Source: Iphione sp. A-MEVVRFRX5
Taxonomy: Eukaryota
Length of the DNA stretch: 64,000 bases
Assembly (NCBI GenBank): GCA_976226885.1
Contig: OZ320314.1
Coordinates: 51,274,001 to 51,338,000 of the forward strand
Direction of reading: 5' to 3'
Below are positions 1 to 11,394 of this stretch, in pieces. The notes under the pieces are model-generated. The model had not been told where the DNA came from and made no database searches. It saw only the letters and a list, made by a program, of their open reading frames with translations. Positions within the stretch are counted from its first letter, which is position 1, and each line of letters opens with the position of its first letter. The translations under genes were made by a program, and so were the position numbers.

Positions 1-190
1 TAATGACACCCCCGCTAGCCAAAAGGCACACCTCTAGCCACCTCGGCTGCGAGAGGTCCTTCCCCAATGTATGAGCACACCCCCACGGCTGGCAGGCGCC
101 TCCCAAGCTGCCACGGCTGTCAGAAGTCCTTCTCCAATGTCTGAGCACACGCCCATGGGTGGCAGGCACCTTCGAAGCCGCCACGGCCTT
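1..190. repeat. 70-bp tandem repeat in EPG5 intron 8
   Basis: gtccttccccaatgtatgagcacac at 56 recurs as gtccttctccaatgtctgagcacac at 126 (period 70); a more diverged partial copy lies at 1-55. Confidence 0.75.
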
Positions 191-653
191 CATATGACCT
201 CCATGTGCAGCCTGTGCTGCACCTGTTTGCTTGTAGTCGAGAGAAACGGAGAAAGGGATATTGTTTTCAGCCCTGACCCCCTACTCAATCAATTTCTGAC
301 CAAACTTGCTATTCCAACCATTTGAGCTCAGACCCGACCATTGGTCGGAAATAGAGACTCCACTGTACATTTCATTCAGAAAAGGGAGCAACCAACAGAT
401 GCAACCATTTAAGCCTGGTCCCTAAGGCGGTCGCATTGGCGAGTTGCTACTGTATATGTTGATGACTTGAACACACTGATTGCATAAAACTTTGATTGAA
501 ACATTGTTAAAGAATCATAAAAATGTGCAACTTCAGAGTAGTATAGTAAGGTCCGATATAAAATATATTTGAGAACTTACTATTATGTTGTATTATACAG
601 GACTTCACTGCAACAGATTTAATAGTATGGAATCAATCCATGGGTAGCTTTAC

Positions 654-3600
654 CTCCTCGCCATCTGAATCAACCATGATCCAAGGGTGGTCGACTGACT
701 CCTGGGACGGTGTCACTGCTGCCTTCAGCTGGTAAAGTGCTTCCTCTCGACCCCTGGTCATAAGACATGTACGCCTTCATGTAATGTTTTAATGACAGTT
801 ACAGATTTACAGAAATACTGGAATCACTTTCTATTTACAGACTGCTTAGTTAATACAGTAGAAAACCAGCAGAGACGAGCAAGCTTGGGACTCATCTCTC
901 TCAGGGTTTGGTCTCATTAGACAGCATCTACATAGAGGAAGACATATCGTTCAGTCTTTGAAATCTTGGTCTCAACCTTGGTCTGCTCTCTCCTGTGATC
1001 TGGTCTTTAACCAGGTCTCCATTATATATAAGAATGCAGAGAAGTCACTCATACTCACTTGATGGGTGCCATCAGGAGAGCAAGGACAGCAAGACAGTGA
1101 TCAAGGTGGGGGCTGCCCCAGGAAGGGCGACCAGCGCATGGTGGAGGTGGGGCTACTTGAATAAGGTCGGCTGCCCAGCTGCCCACTCCAGGTGGGCAGC
1201 GGAGGACATGCTGGAGCAGCCAAAGGTGGTCCTCCAGGGTAGCGACTCGGAGCAGAGTTGCAACCTAGTTGATGTAAAACAGACCAGCCAGTGTGTTAGA
1301 TATATACAGAATATCATACACGTGTGAGTATCATGTCTCTCCTTGGGTATTTCCTATACATGGTTCCATCGGTCTTTATTCACCAAGCTGTTTCTCTCAC
1401 AACTTATTTATCATAAAATCAACATGTCGTATAACGTAAATATGAATCTACCGAAAATGAGACATGTCCTTCCTGATTTTGAAGATTCACATAAAAAGGC
1501 CTCACTGTATCTAGCACACATTGTAATATATACAGAGCTGAAGTAAAAAGGACATGACTGCCAGAACTTATGTGAAGGACTCTTACCAGTCGACTAATCC
1601 AGTGGCGGGTATCATTGACAAATACATTATCTTTAGCAGATTTTCTTTGGAACATGAACAGAACTGCGATACAGTCCCTTAACCCGGCTACTTCAGTATT
1701 TAATGAAACATCTCTTTCCTGGGGCAACCATGCTGAAATAGAAGATAACTATCAATGAGTATTTTTCCATAACAATATTTCAAAGAGCAAATTACTACCC
1801 CTCGATAAAACGTCATGTTTCGTTTTCATTATTCTGAATTCAGTGAATAATAAATCCTTCCCAACAACGATACACAACAAGTGATTGCAAGGGATATTGG
1901 ATAAGAAAACAGTTTATCATTCTTAAAACATATGACATAGATATAATAGTCACTACAGCTATCCTTGAATACCTACATCGACACGGTAAGTTCTTTGACA
2001 ACTCTGAAAGACCTGGCGACCTCGTGTAGAAGTCGTAAATGTAAGACTCCACCTGAAGCCTGAGAACAGACCAAGCCATAACTTAAAACAATTCAAGATA
2101 AATGTAGTACATGTAAGAACAACTACAGTGGGCTTTCGTTTTGCAGTCTTGAAGATCACGCAGTCAGACGCACTATGGGGTCCCAACCAAAAGGGAAATA
2201 CATGTACAGTGACCTCTTGCTATACCAACATCTTTTTGTACCAACCAATATAATACCTGCAGTAGCAAGGCGCTGGACTTGTAAGGGGATTTCCATACTT
2301 AATGGTCTCATTTTGTACCCAGCAAATGTGCTTCGAATAGCAAGAGTACTTAAATAATCAGGTGTCAGGTGTTTGAATAGCAAGGAGTTACTATCTTAAT
2401 TTATATGGGTTCATACTAACGTTGTCGGGTCGCGACTACACTCAAATAGAATAAACTACTGTAAATCCACAGTCCTTGGTACTTAGACTTTGCTTTACAT
2501 GCTATGTTAGCAGCACTGATGCCATACCTGATCATGAGTACTGAAGTGTGAGACTCACCTTGACAGTTGTGAAGCATATGCATGAAGGGACATTTCATCG
2601 TGGATGTGGGTGCGGATGTCTTTGAGGGTTCGCGATAGTTCGTTCCAGGCCTCCTCGCTGAAGGTCACCTGGTCAAACTTGTGTTGGACGCTCACCTTGG
2701 CTTGGTCAGCACATTTCCCCTAAAAAAGACATGGCCCTTGTTAGCGCAGATTTTCTCTGAAATCTGTTTGTTTCTCCCTTCAAAATAGAGTCAGCTATGA
2801 CTCAAACAAGGCACAAGTGAAATCTGTAGATGCCATGTTCAATGTGTACAAATACTGCTTGTTATTACGGTTTTCCACAGGAAATAATGCCAGCGCACAA
2901 TGATCATGTCACTAGAGGAATCACTTTGAATCCTCAACCCCCCCCCCCCCACCGATGGTCGCAGTGTGAGATCCAGTCTACCTTTGTCCGAAGTAAACAC
3001 TGCTTGTTACTAAGCATTTCTGGGTACATGGAATTTCACTTCGGATATGGACACTGACTTCTTCTATGGGTGATGTCATTTGGTTTTATTGTATAAGTAT
3101 CAGAAAGAGCCTCTGTCGGAGAGAAACTTGGAGTGGTTTTGTAAAAGAAATCCTGTCTCTTACATTTTATAATGTCATTCTATATCTGTCTGTTCCTCCA
3201 TAATTTGCACGTGTACCACTATCTATGCAGCTGTCTCCTAATTATCATTTCATGTGTAGTCCACAGCCCATCCAAGTGCTGCTTGGGCTCTTTCTTTATA
3301 CTGTTCATGTCTCTGTCTGTCTGTCTATTCCTGTCTTTTCCCCTGTCTTCATGTCACTGACCTGTACTGGCATATTCCTCTGCTGTGTGATCCACCCCCA
3401 ATTGAGGTGCTGATTAGGCTCAATCCTCATATTGTTTATGGCCCTGTCTGTCTATTGGTCTGTCATTCTATTCCTGTCTTTATCCCTGTCCCGATGTCAC
3501 TGACCTGTACTAGCATGGTCCTCTCCCGTGTGATCCACACCCGGTCGAGGTGCTGCTCGGCATCCTCCCTCAGACTGTTCACATCATGTTCTGCACTCAC

Positions 3601-6600
3601 GAGGTGGTGCCGAGCACGGTAGTAGTTGAGTACCAGTTCATAGAACTCATGTTTGTCTTTGTTCATGTGCTGCAAGAAAGATACCAGTTAGTTTCATTTA
3701 TGCCATTTAGAGTATGGTACATATGCTGATAGTGCACCATACTCATTATTCCCTGTCACTCGCCATGCCTATCATTTGTCAACTATATACATTTATTCAT
3801 GTGTATGTACCACAATTCCTGACAGGGCTAAGTCTTCGTTACATTCAATACTCATACATACGTAAGCATCTGTCACAAAACAGAACATTTATGGTTTTTA
3901 CATCAGGCAGGATGTGTATCAGATGTAGTGAACCGAAATATTAGTATCTAATGCGATATATAAAACCTCTTTGGAAATTTGACCGAAATTATTAAATTTT
4001 AAGTTCACGTTTTAATGCAGAATTATTTTATCGTTAAATATCTGTCTTCCTGTACTACATCAAACTACTCTTACAATCGCTATAGCAACTGTACCTTTAT
4101 AATCTCCAATCTAGCTTGATCACCCTATCAACCAGTTTATCTACCATCTCTTTTGTCTGACATGCCTTTACAGGCAAACCTCGAAAAGAGAAGCTCCTGC
4201 CAATCTGTGATAAAAGTTGTGCCTTCTACCAGGGATTTAATCCCTCTACTGACCTACCTTTATAAACTTTTCGGTGAATTCTGAAAGTGACTCCAACTCG
4301 GCATTGTAGTACAGCGTCTTGAGCTGCTCTTCAGTGAGTGGCCGGAGGGTCTCTTCTGATTGTGGTGGGGCCGCCATGCCTTCCAAGGTAGGGTAAAGCT
4401 TGCGATGCGCCACTCTTGGCAGACGAAGTTTAACTGTCGTCGACTCCTCACTAGCAACAGTCGATGCTGCTGCGGTGCCAGTCTTAGTAGCAGAAGCGCC
4501 TTTCTCTTCGTCCAAATGAAGGTGCTCAACTGTGACTCTCACTGTTTCATCTTCAGTCGGGCTCGCTACTGTGGGACTCTCTTCTACTTGTTGTTGCGGC
4601 TCGTGAGACTCAGCCACAGCATCTGCTAATTCCGAAAGGTCCTTGTGTTCTACATCTTCTTTGTTTTCTGCAGGTAACTCCACCTCCTCTTCTTGGGTCT
4701 CACCATAGTGCTTAGCTTCTCTTGTTGTGACGTCCTGGCCACCATCTAACTTGACTACCTCTATCACAGACGAGCTTATACTTTCGGAAGAATCATGTTC
4801 TGAATAATCTGGACTTTCTGCAGGTTGCTCCTCGAGTGAACTGTCCTGTGGGACCTGGTCGGTCACTTTTGAAGTCTTCCCAGCTGTTTCTGGAGGTATT
4901 AACTCAGTTTTACTGGAGTGGCTCCGCTCCTCTGTTGAGACTCTACTTTCTACTGGTTGCTGGGATGGTCCAGCAGAGGCAGGGGGCTCAGATGTATGTG
5001 CAGTAGGCTCATATGGTTTGTTAGACTCCTCTTGTACATCTTCCTTGACTACCTGAGGGAGAGTGACTGGTCTTTTCTTCTCTGTGGCCTTAAGACAGAG
5101 AGAAGAAGAGATAAATTATATCATGCCGTCTTCAATATTTATATAACAAATAACGCTTTCTAAATATACAATACATAGCATATATAGTCGAATACCACTA
5201 TATGTATGCGACCAAACCTACGTACTCCACCTGATCATGGTATAACCTTTCATTATTATGATACTGTTTAGTTCTGACGATATTTGCCCGGCGCAGAGGT
5301 TTTGGTCGCATTACAGCGTGGTCACATAACATCATTCAACTGTATACAGTCAAGATTCGATATCTGCACATTCCATATCCAAATGAAAGCAATCTGCACA
5401 GATTCCGCTGTATTGTCTTCCATGTTCAAAAGGGAACCAAGATGCTTTCATGGGTGCAGTTTGGGTTCAAAAATGCCCCTTTGATAGAATACGATAGCCT
5501 AAGGCCCCAATTTGTTACTTGAATTAACTTGATATTATTCCCCCCAACAAAAAAGTGTCAAATGGGAATCAATCAGATATTAAGTCCTAATTCTATATGA
5601 TAATGCGATATGACAAAAATGTCTGACATATTATGTTACGTTCCTGAGACACAATGACATTGAGTCTGACTCTGACCATGACCTGCCATGTCACAGGGAG
5701 AAGGCATCCAGAATGGTTGTGTACCACAGGTTGAGATAGTGCTGAGCCATATCCACTACACATTATGGTGGGGGGGGGGGGATCACGCTATGGGCTAGCC
5801 TTGCTACAAATATATCACGTACATAAATGTATTGATCAGTATGCAGTAGAAACTCTCCAATGTTACAACCAGAAGGACAAGCTAATCCTGCCCTTAATGG
5901 AGAGTTGCCCTTATTAGAGGGTTGTGTTTCAGATGCAGTATATATCAGACCCGGAAAGTTGTGTTTAATTCTGAATTGCTCACATGACTGAATTGCCTGC
6001 AGGGTGAGTTGCTACTGTTTATATAGAAATCTATATACATGTATACGTATATATGGTCAACTTCACCAAAAAGTGTCCCAGAATGTATTCTCCAGGAGGG
6101 CCTTTTTTAAAAGTAGAAATCAGGGTTAATTTTGATGTTTTAAATCTTCTTTGGCATTGCTGGGTCTAGGGGATATCAGAAGTCTACAATAATTTTTTTA
6201 GTGTTATACATAATTCCTTCCTGTAGTTTTTAGCAGTCCCAGAGAATACAGCTGGGACACTTTTTGGTGGAATTGACCATATACTGGAAGTGGCATAGTC
6301 ACAACCCAGTGTGTACATTGCATATGCATGTCAAACAGATTAATGGCAGTCGACTACTTCTTCGCCATAATAGAAGTTTATCAAATTGATCTCTTGTCCC
6401 CTGTTCTAATATGGCTGGCAGAGACAATCACATTCTGTCAACAGACTCAAAACTTTCTTTAAAGTGTACACTAATCACTGCATTTATTTACTTTCATTGG
6501 ACAGCTACACAGTAGTTTTTGATGTTTGTTCTTTCCGTGCGATTGGGAGCACAACTTTGTATAGTTCTGATTGCCTTGTATTAACATCAATTTGTCTTTT

Positions 6601-6876
6601 AACATATTTCTTGTTTTCAAAATTTGGTAACAGATTATTCATTGCTTTGTAACTTATAAGTAACATATCGAGTTCTCTTTGTTGGTATACAAGAATTAGT
6701 TCATGTTCCCGATGTATTTCAATCGAACGGAACTGCCTTACCTTAGACCAGTCTCATGAACTTCCCATTGGTACCATGTATTAGTCGTAGTTTATCAACT
6801 GGCAGTCTGTCATTATAGACTAACAGATTGACTGGTCTTCTAAATCGGTCCACTTAACACTCAACTAAGGTACAGG

Positions 6877-6921
<45 letters not shown>

Positions 6922-7061
6922 GGGGAGGAGGGAAAGAGAGGGAGAGGAAGACAGACAGACAAGATAGACAGACAGACAGACAGACAGAAAGTTGGCAACA
7001 GCAATGAAATGTTTGGACCTGAACGCCTGTGGTGTCCACTTCGTCACTATTTACGCATGAG

Positions 7062-7096
<35 letters not shown>

Positions 7097-9821
7097 CAAT
7101 GGTATGCATAGTTTATCGCATATCAATACATCTTATTTTTTCTAAGGATTTTTGCATGTCCGTCCTACCTACTGTATCTGTTCATGATACATATCCACGC
7201 ATTTGTATGAAAAGTGAAAAAAAACAAGTGTGCATGTGTTTACACCTCAGCCAGACGTACACTCCTTCCTCCCACCTCAAGATAAGCATGGTACACATAC
7301 TAAGGCGAAACTCATGTGAACCTGAAGAATAGGCAAAGAGACGGAACCATTTCCTCCTATCATCATGACATAAGTGAGCAGGCGTAATCCGCATAGCCAG
7401 ACTTGTACGGATAACATGGTAACGAGGCAACAGCTAATTTAATAGAATTTCAGGAACCGGGAAACCACATGGACTCGAACAAAGCAATCAAATATCAGTT
7501 GTTAAAAACTGCCTCTAGTTTCACGAAGACCAGCTGGGAGACATTGATGCAATCTCTGAACTAACAGATTCTGATTGCTCTTGTCAGTGGCTACTCGTAT
7601 GAGTCGCATAGAGAAGAGGTAAGTGAAGTAGACGGGAAGTACATGTACATACGTGACTTAACAGATGGACAGACAGACAAAACGATAGACAGAATTTCGT
7701 TGATACCGCTGCAGCACAGAGCAGGCAAGTAGAGTATAAAAGGATTGGTTAAGACAGTAAGTCAAGTATGTCACAGAGAGGCACAGATGGAGAGACAGAC
7801 AAACAAATCAGAATTATATAATGATAAACTTCATACAGTTATGTCTCCAATTACAATATAAAGTGCAAACTACACAAAATACAAGCTATATCTACAGATA
7901 CGATTGTGGACTGTAAGAAAATACAAACCTTTTCCTTCTACATTCTTACGACGTGTTGCAGGTCACTTGCTCGAGACATTTACCAGTGTTTCACCATTTT
8001 CCTTACGATGCACGTCACATGGTCTCATTAGAGATTTGTGCTGTGCTCATCGGTTCTTTGGTGGGGACTGCCCGCTGACCATATGGGGAATTCCCAGCCT
8101 CTCTGTGGGCACAGGTATTGCACAGGCATAGGAAATGCCATACTAATATGCATACGCACTTGTAAATGACAGTATTTCTCTACAGGCAAAAAACAACAAT
8201 ACAGATATCTGCAGAGTAGTGCATGCTGAGACACACAGCGCCAGAGGAAAGGGCCTTTTGGGGTGAGGCAGAACCATAATCTTGGGCAGGCTACCAAATA
8301 AGGATCTCTCTGCAATTTTTTTGGGGGTAATATTCAGCCGTTTTCAATAATGTACAAATAATGCTATGAACAAATGATATAATTTATGTACAAATAACTT
8401 CTGTTGGCATTAACTTCGGACGTGCACATTTCAGATGTGTAGTTTCACTGTAATTACCCAGTAACAGATAATCCATCATGGTGCCTGGAGACTGATTCAG
8501 AGACAGGATTTACAGAGATAACAAGAAATCATGATGACACAAGGGAGAAAGCAGCAAATCGCAGGAACATTGAAATGACGAAGAAAACGTAAGCAAAGCC
8601 CATACACACGTGTATCTTTGTGCAGATGTGCACTTAAAACGTAACCATAATACCTAAAACTGCTGGTTATATGGACGCAAGTGATCACAGACAAGACACT
8701 AAATGTCACAAATTACCAAAAAAAACATGTCTCTAATACCTGTTAATTCAGCCGTTGGTGATATCTTCATTCAAAGGCTAAAAGATCAAAGACTGGCCAG
8801 ATAGCTTCCAAAATTCAGAGGAAGAAATGAACTACCTGAATGAATATTAATCTTCAGTGCATGAATACCTGTGATTTTTTCGAACACTGTACATTGGTCC
8901 CTTGACGAGCGGCAACCAATAATCCATCTGTACACTTGAGTTTGCCTAGAGTGATTCTTAGGGCATATAATACAGTACAACTGGATTATATTCAGCACAT
9001 CTACATTATACTACATGATACTTAAAGCTTTCGTGCTCTTACGTGTGTTCATCTTAACGAATATATACGAAATATAGCGACTAGTATTACTTAAACCGTT
9101 GTGACTTCCTAGCACTGCATATGCCTGCTGTTTATCTGAACTGTCAAAAATTTTTGCCCAAGTTTGAGGCAACAAGTTGGAACGAAACGAGCTTAAAAGC
9201 CTTATATTATTGCACAACACTGGCAACACTGAACCGTCTTTCAATACGCCCAAATACGGAAATGGTTATATGAGTGGGTGTTTCATGCTGCATCCACTTT
9301 CCTATGCGAAATCATCTAAATATCCTTTCAGTGCGATAGTCTTGCGCCCTCATCAGCATGAGTGAGTAATCAGCTGATTATCATCATAACCACAGAATGA
9401 GGAGCTAGTGTGATTATATATGCATATCGAAACTGAAAAAAGCTTCATGCTAGCGTCATGGTCCACAATAATTGGTCACCGTCAACGCATAATTTTGGAG
9501 GAAGTGTTATTTGTAATAATGTAGGGTGCCAGTAAACACATATTTAGAGGCAAAAATTTAAATGCGACGTTAGTGCTGCTAACATAGGCTGCGTGCAGCG
9601 TTCGTTGTTATTGTTTTGAAGTAAGGTCAGGGTCGACCATTTGCTGTTTCATTTGCCACTAGCTCTGTTAAGCCTGTTTGGTTCCGAAAGAAATTCGATG
9701 GAAACGTTCAGTGGAAGATAACAAAGATTTCTCTACGATTTTATCACGATGGAGTGACGACAAAATAACCAACCTTAGTTTTCTTCCTGGATTTAGGTCT
9801 CTCTCTGACAGCCTCTGCCAT
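654..9821 (-). CDS. EPG5: Ectopic P granules protein 5 homolog, exons 1-8 (gene continues off the left end)
   Basis: Exons 9774-9821 (MAEAVRERPKSRKKTK), 4258-5088, 3505-3669, 2559-2719, 1977-2059, 1587-1732, 1059-1264, 654-753. All junctions are GT-AG and phase-compatible (0,0,0,2,1,0,2). Peptides match remembered vertebrate EPG5: HEFYELVLNY, GKCADQAKV, LSRLQVESYIY, LRDCIAVLFMFQR, DHLWLLQHVLRCPPGV, WIMVDSDGEE. Confidence 0.93.
3250..3560 (-). repeat. Tandem echo of EPG5 exon 3 3' end including its donor site (about 143-bp period, 2-3 copies)
   Basis: atgtcactgacctgtact occurs at the true donor (3504) and again at 3361; gtgatccac...gaggtgctg is also repeated; a third, decayed copy lies near 3250-3310. 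Confidence 0.8.
6050..6283. mobile_element. Tc1/mariner-type MITE
   Basis: 32-bp TIRs tatatggtcaacttcaccaaaaagtgtcccag / ctgggacactttttggtggaattgaccatata (2 mismatches), with TA-containing ends and no ORF. Confidence 0.75.
6879..7095. repeat. Microsatellite cluster (GA)n, (GACA)n, (GT)n
   Basis: Read directly; explains several spurious low-complexity ORFs. Confidence 0.95.
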
Positions 9822-9834
9822 ATTGATATTTGTG

Positions 9835-9858
9835 CACGTGATGTTGTGTTTACTTCCG
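9835..9858 (-). promoter_or_regulatory. EPG5 proximal promoter motifs: E-box (TCACGTG) and ETS (CGGAAGT)
   Basis: cacgtg at 9835-9840 (minus-strand context ATCACGTGCA) and acttccg at 9852-9858, 14-37 nt upstream of the ATG. No acceptor site precedes the ATG exon. Confidence 0.45.
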
Positions 9859-10271
9859 AGCGCCCTCTACCAGCGTAAAAAGGGTTTTTAAGTAAGCCGC
9901 TAGGTGGCTCTTGATATCGGCATACATGAAGTTCAGTGTTCCATACTAAGGATGTCGATGTGAGTACATAGATAGATGCAGATACCTGTATTATTTAAAA
10001 TGCCGGTAACTATAATCTATTGTCTTGACCCCTTGTGTCTACATGCTCAGTCTTTGGGTACGGACACATTCCAAACATAAGTATGGACACATGGGGGCCT
10101 AGGGATGTGGCTAGAGGTATGCAGGTATAGCATTGAGGATGCACTTGTGTGCATATGGGTGATATACACCACCTGCAAAAAAAAAGAACGATGTGAGGAT
10201 CAATAGTGTCGGTTCCTGCATGCATGCATGGGGGGAAATACAAGACTATGCAAATGGGCTTCCCCCTTGAG

Positions 10272-10384
10272 TAGGTTCGCTACCAGAGACCTCTGGTAGC
10301 GTCTTATTGAGGTGTCAAGGTGTATAAATAGTCCTCGCGCAGCAGAAGCAAGCGCAGAGGGGTGGCCGCACCGTCCGGAACAAC
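10272..10384 (+). repeat. Split direct repeat A1 (identical to A2 at 14224-14336)
   Basis: Base-by-base identity; contains an 11-bp-arm palindrome (10278-10301) and TATAAATA (10323-10330). Confidence 0.95.
10323..10330 (+). promoter_or_regulatory. TATA box of the retrotransposon promoter in repeat A1
   Basis: TATAAATA begins 66 nt upstream of an ATG in strong Kozak context (acaaccATGG, 10389). Confidence 0.55.
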
Positions 10385-10388
10385 AACC

Positions 10389-11312
10389 ATGGCCGAAGCG
10401 ATGGTAGAATTTAAAACTCAGCTAGAAGACGCCTTGGCCCGTGTAAAAATACTGGAAAGCGACCTCGCCAAAGTAAAGAAAGAAACGAGGAAGAAGACTG
10501 AGACCACGAAACAAACTCCAAAGCCAAGAAAGACAGAGGGAGAAGGCGAGGTGACTGCTGAACCGACACCACGTGGTAGCGAGGACCAAGACGCCGGCCA
10601 TGATACCCAGTCTGACGACTCGGCCGACGACGAAACGTATCCCACGCCGGACAACCTGAGAAGCGAAGCAGAGGACGAATTTCATCAGATTACGAGTCTG
10701 ATATATCCGAACGTTCTCCCGGTTGGAGGTAAGAAGAGAAAATTCATTACCCCCGCTAGTTACATATATTTTAGGAAAGGTGAAACGCCGGACATCGAAA
10801 AACTGACTATGTCGCAATATATCGCAGGCTTGTCCAATATGATAAGAGACCCCAACTACAAGGAGGTTCCTAATGACTTATTACTCGCACATTTGGCAGA
10901 AATAGCTGAGGAAAGTATTTCTATCCCGTGGCCACCCCTCTGTCGGTGGGCAGCTGAATTGTGGCATGCTTTTGAGATTAAACGTCTCACCTGGTCGAAT
11001 AAACACCTGATACAACAGACCAAGGCCCGAGCAATTAACGCACACTTTGACACTCGGTGCCACCAGACGACAATCACCCCTAAGAAAGACACTACAGTTA
11101 TTTGCCCGAAATGGGTAGCAGCAACATGCGAGGATAAACATGAAAATGAGAAACAATTCACAGTTCTCCACAGTTGCCCCTTATGCTTTTACCATTTAAA
11201 CAGAAAACACGAACACAAGCTCGACCAATGCAGGCTTCGCAAGAAGTTGCAGCCCCAACGGCAGCAAACAGACCAGCCGCAACCCCAACGAAGGAGGGAC
11301 GATTGGCAGTGA
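10389..11312 (+). CDS. ORF1 gag-like protein, 307 aa
   Basis: N-terminal coiled-coil-like segment, acidic linker, and a C-terminal Cys/His cluster CPKW-x4-C...HSCPLC...H-x4-C typical of DIRS-order ORF1. Confidence 0.85.
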   Translation: MAEAMVEFKTQLEDALARVKILESDLAKVKKETRKKTETTKQTPKPRKTEGEGEVTAEPTPRGSEDQDAGHDTQSDDSADDETYPTPDNLRSEAEDEFHQITSLIYPNVLPVGGKKRKFITPASYIYFRKGETPDIEKLTMSQYIAGLSNMIRDPNYKEVPNDLLLAHLAEIAEESISIPWPPLCRWAAELWHAFEIKRLTWSNKHLIQQTKARAINAHFDTRCHQTTITPKKDTTVICPKWVAATCEDKHENEKQFTVLHSCPLCFYHLNRKHEHKLDQCRLRKKLQPQRQQTDQPQPQRRRDDWQ

Positions 11313-11394
11313 AGAATGGCAGCCCTGGACAGCCGAGCTGAATACAGAAGGCGGCGCCCAAACCAACCCGCCATGGTTCCCAGACTACGACGCC

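Noticed and set aside
9310-9365. Hammerhead-like CTGATGAG...GAAA on the minus strand (other CTGATGA hits near 27678, 28627, 45557)
   Set aside because: No convincing stems I-III or cleavage triplet could be built around any of them.
11195-11201. Slippery heptamer T TTA AAC in the correct phase of the Ngaro gag ORF
   Set aside because: A -1 shift enters a frame that stops at 11339-11341; the RT frame is +1. The heptamer is better explained as part of the splice acceptor tttaaacag.
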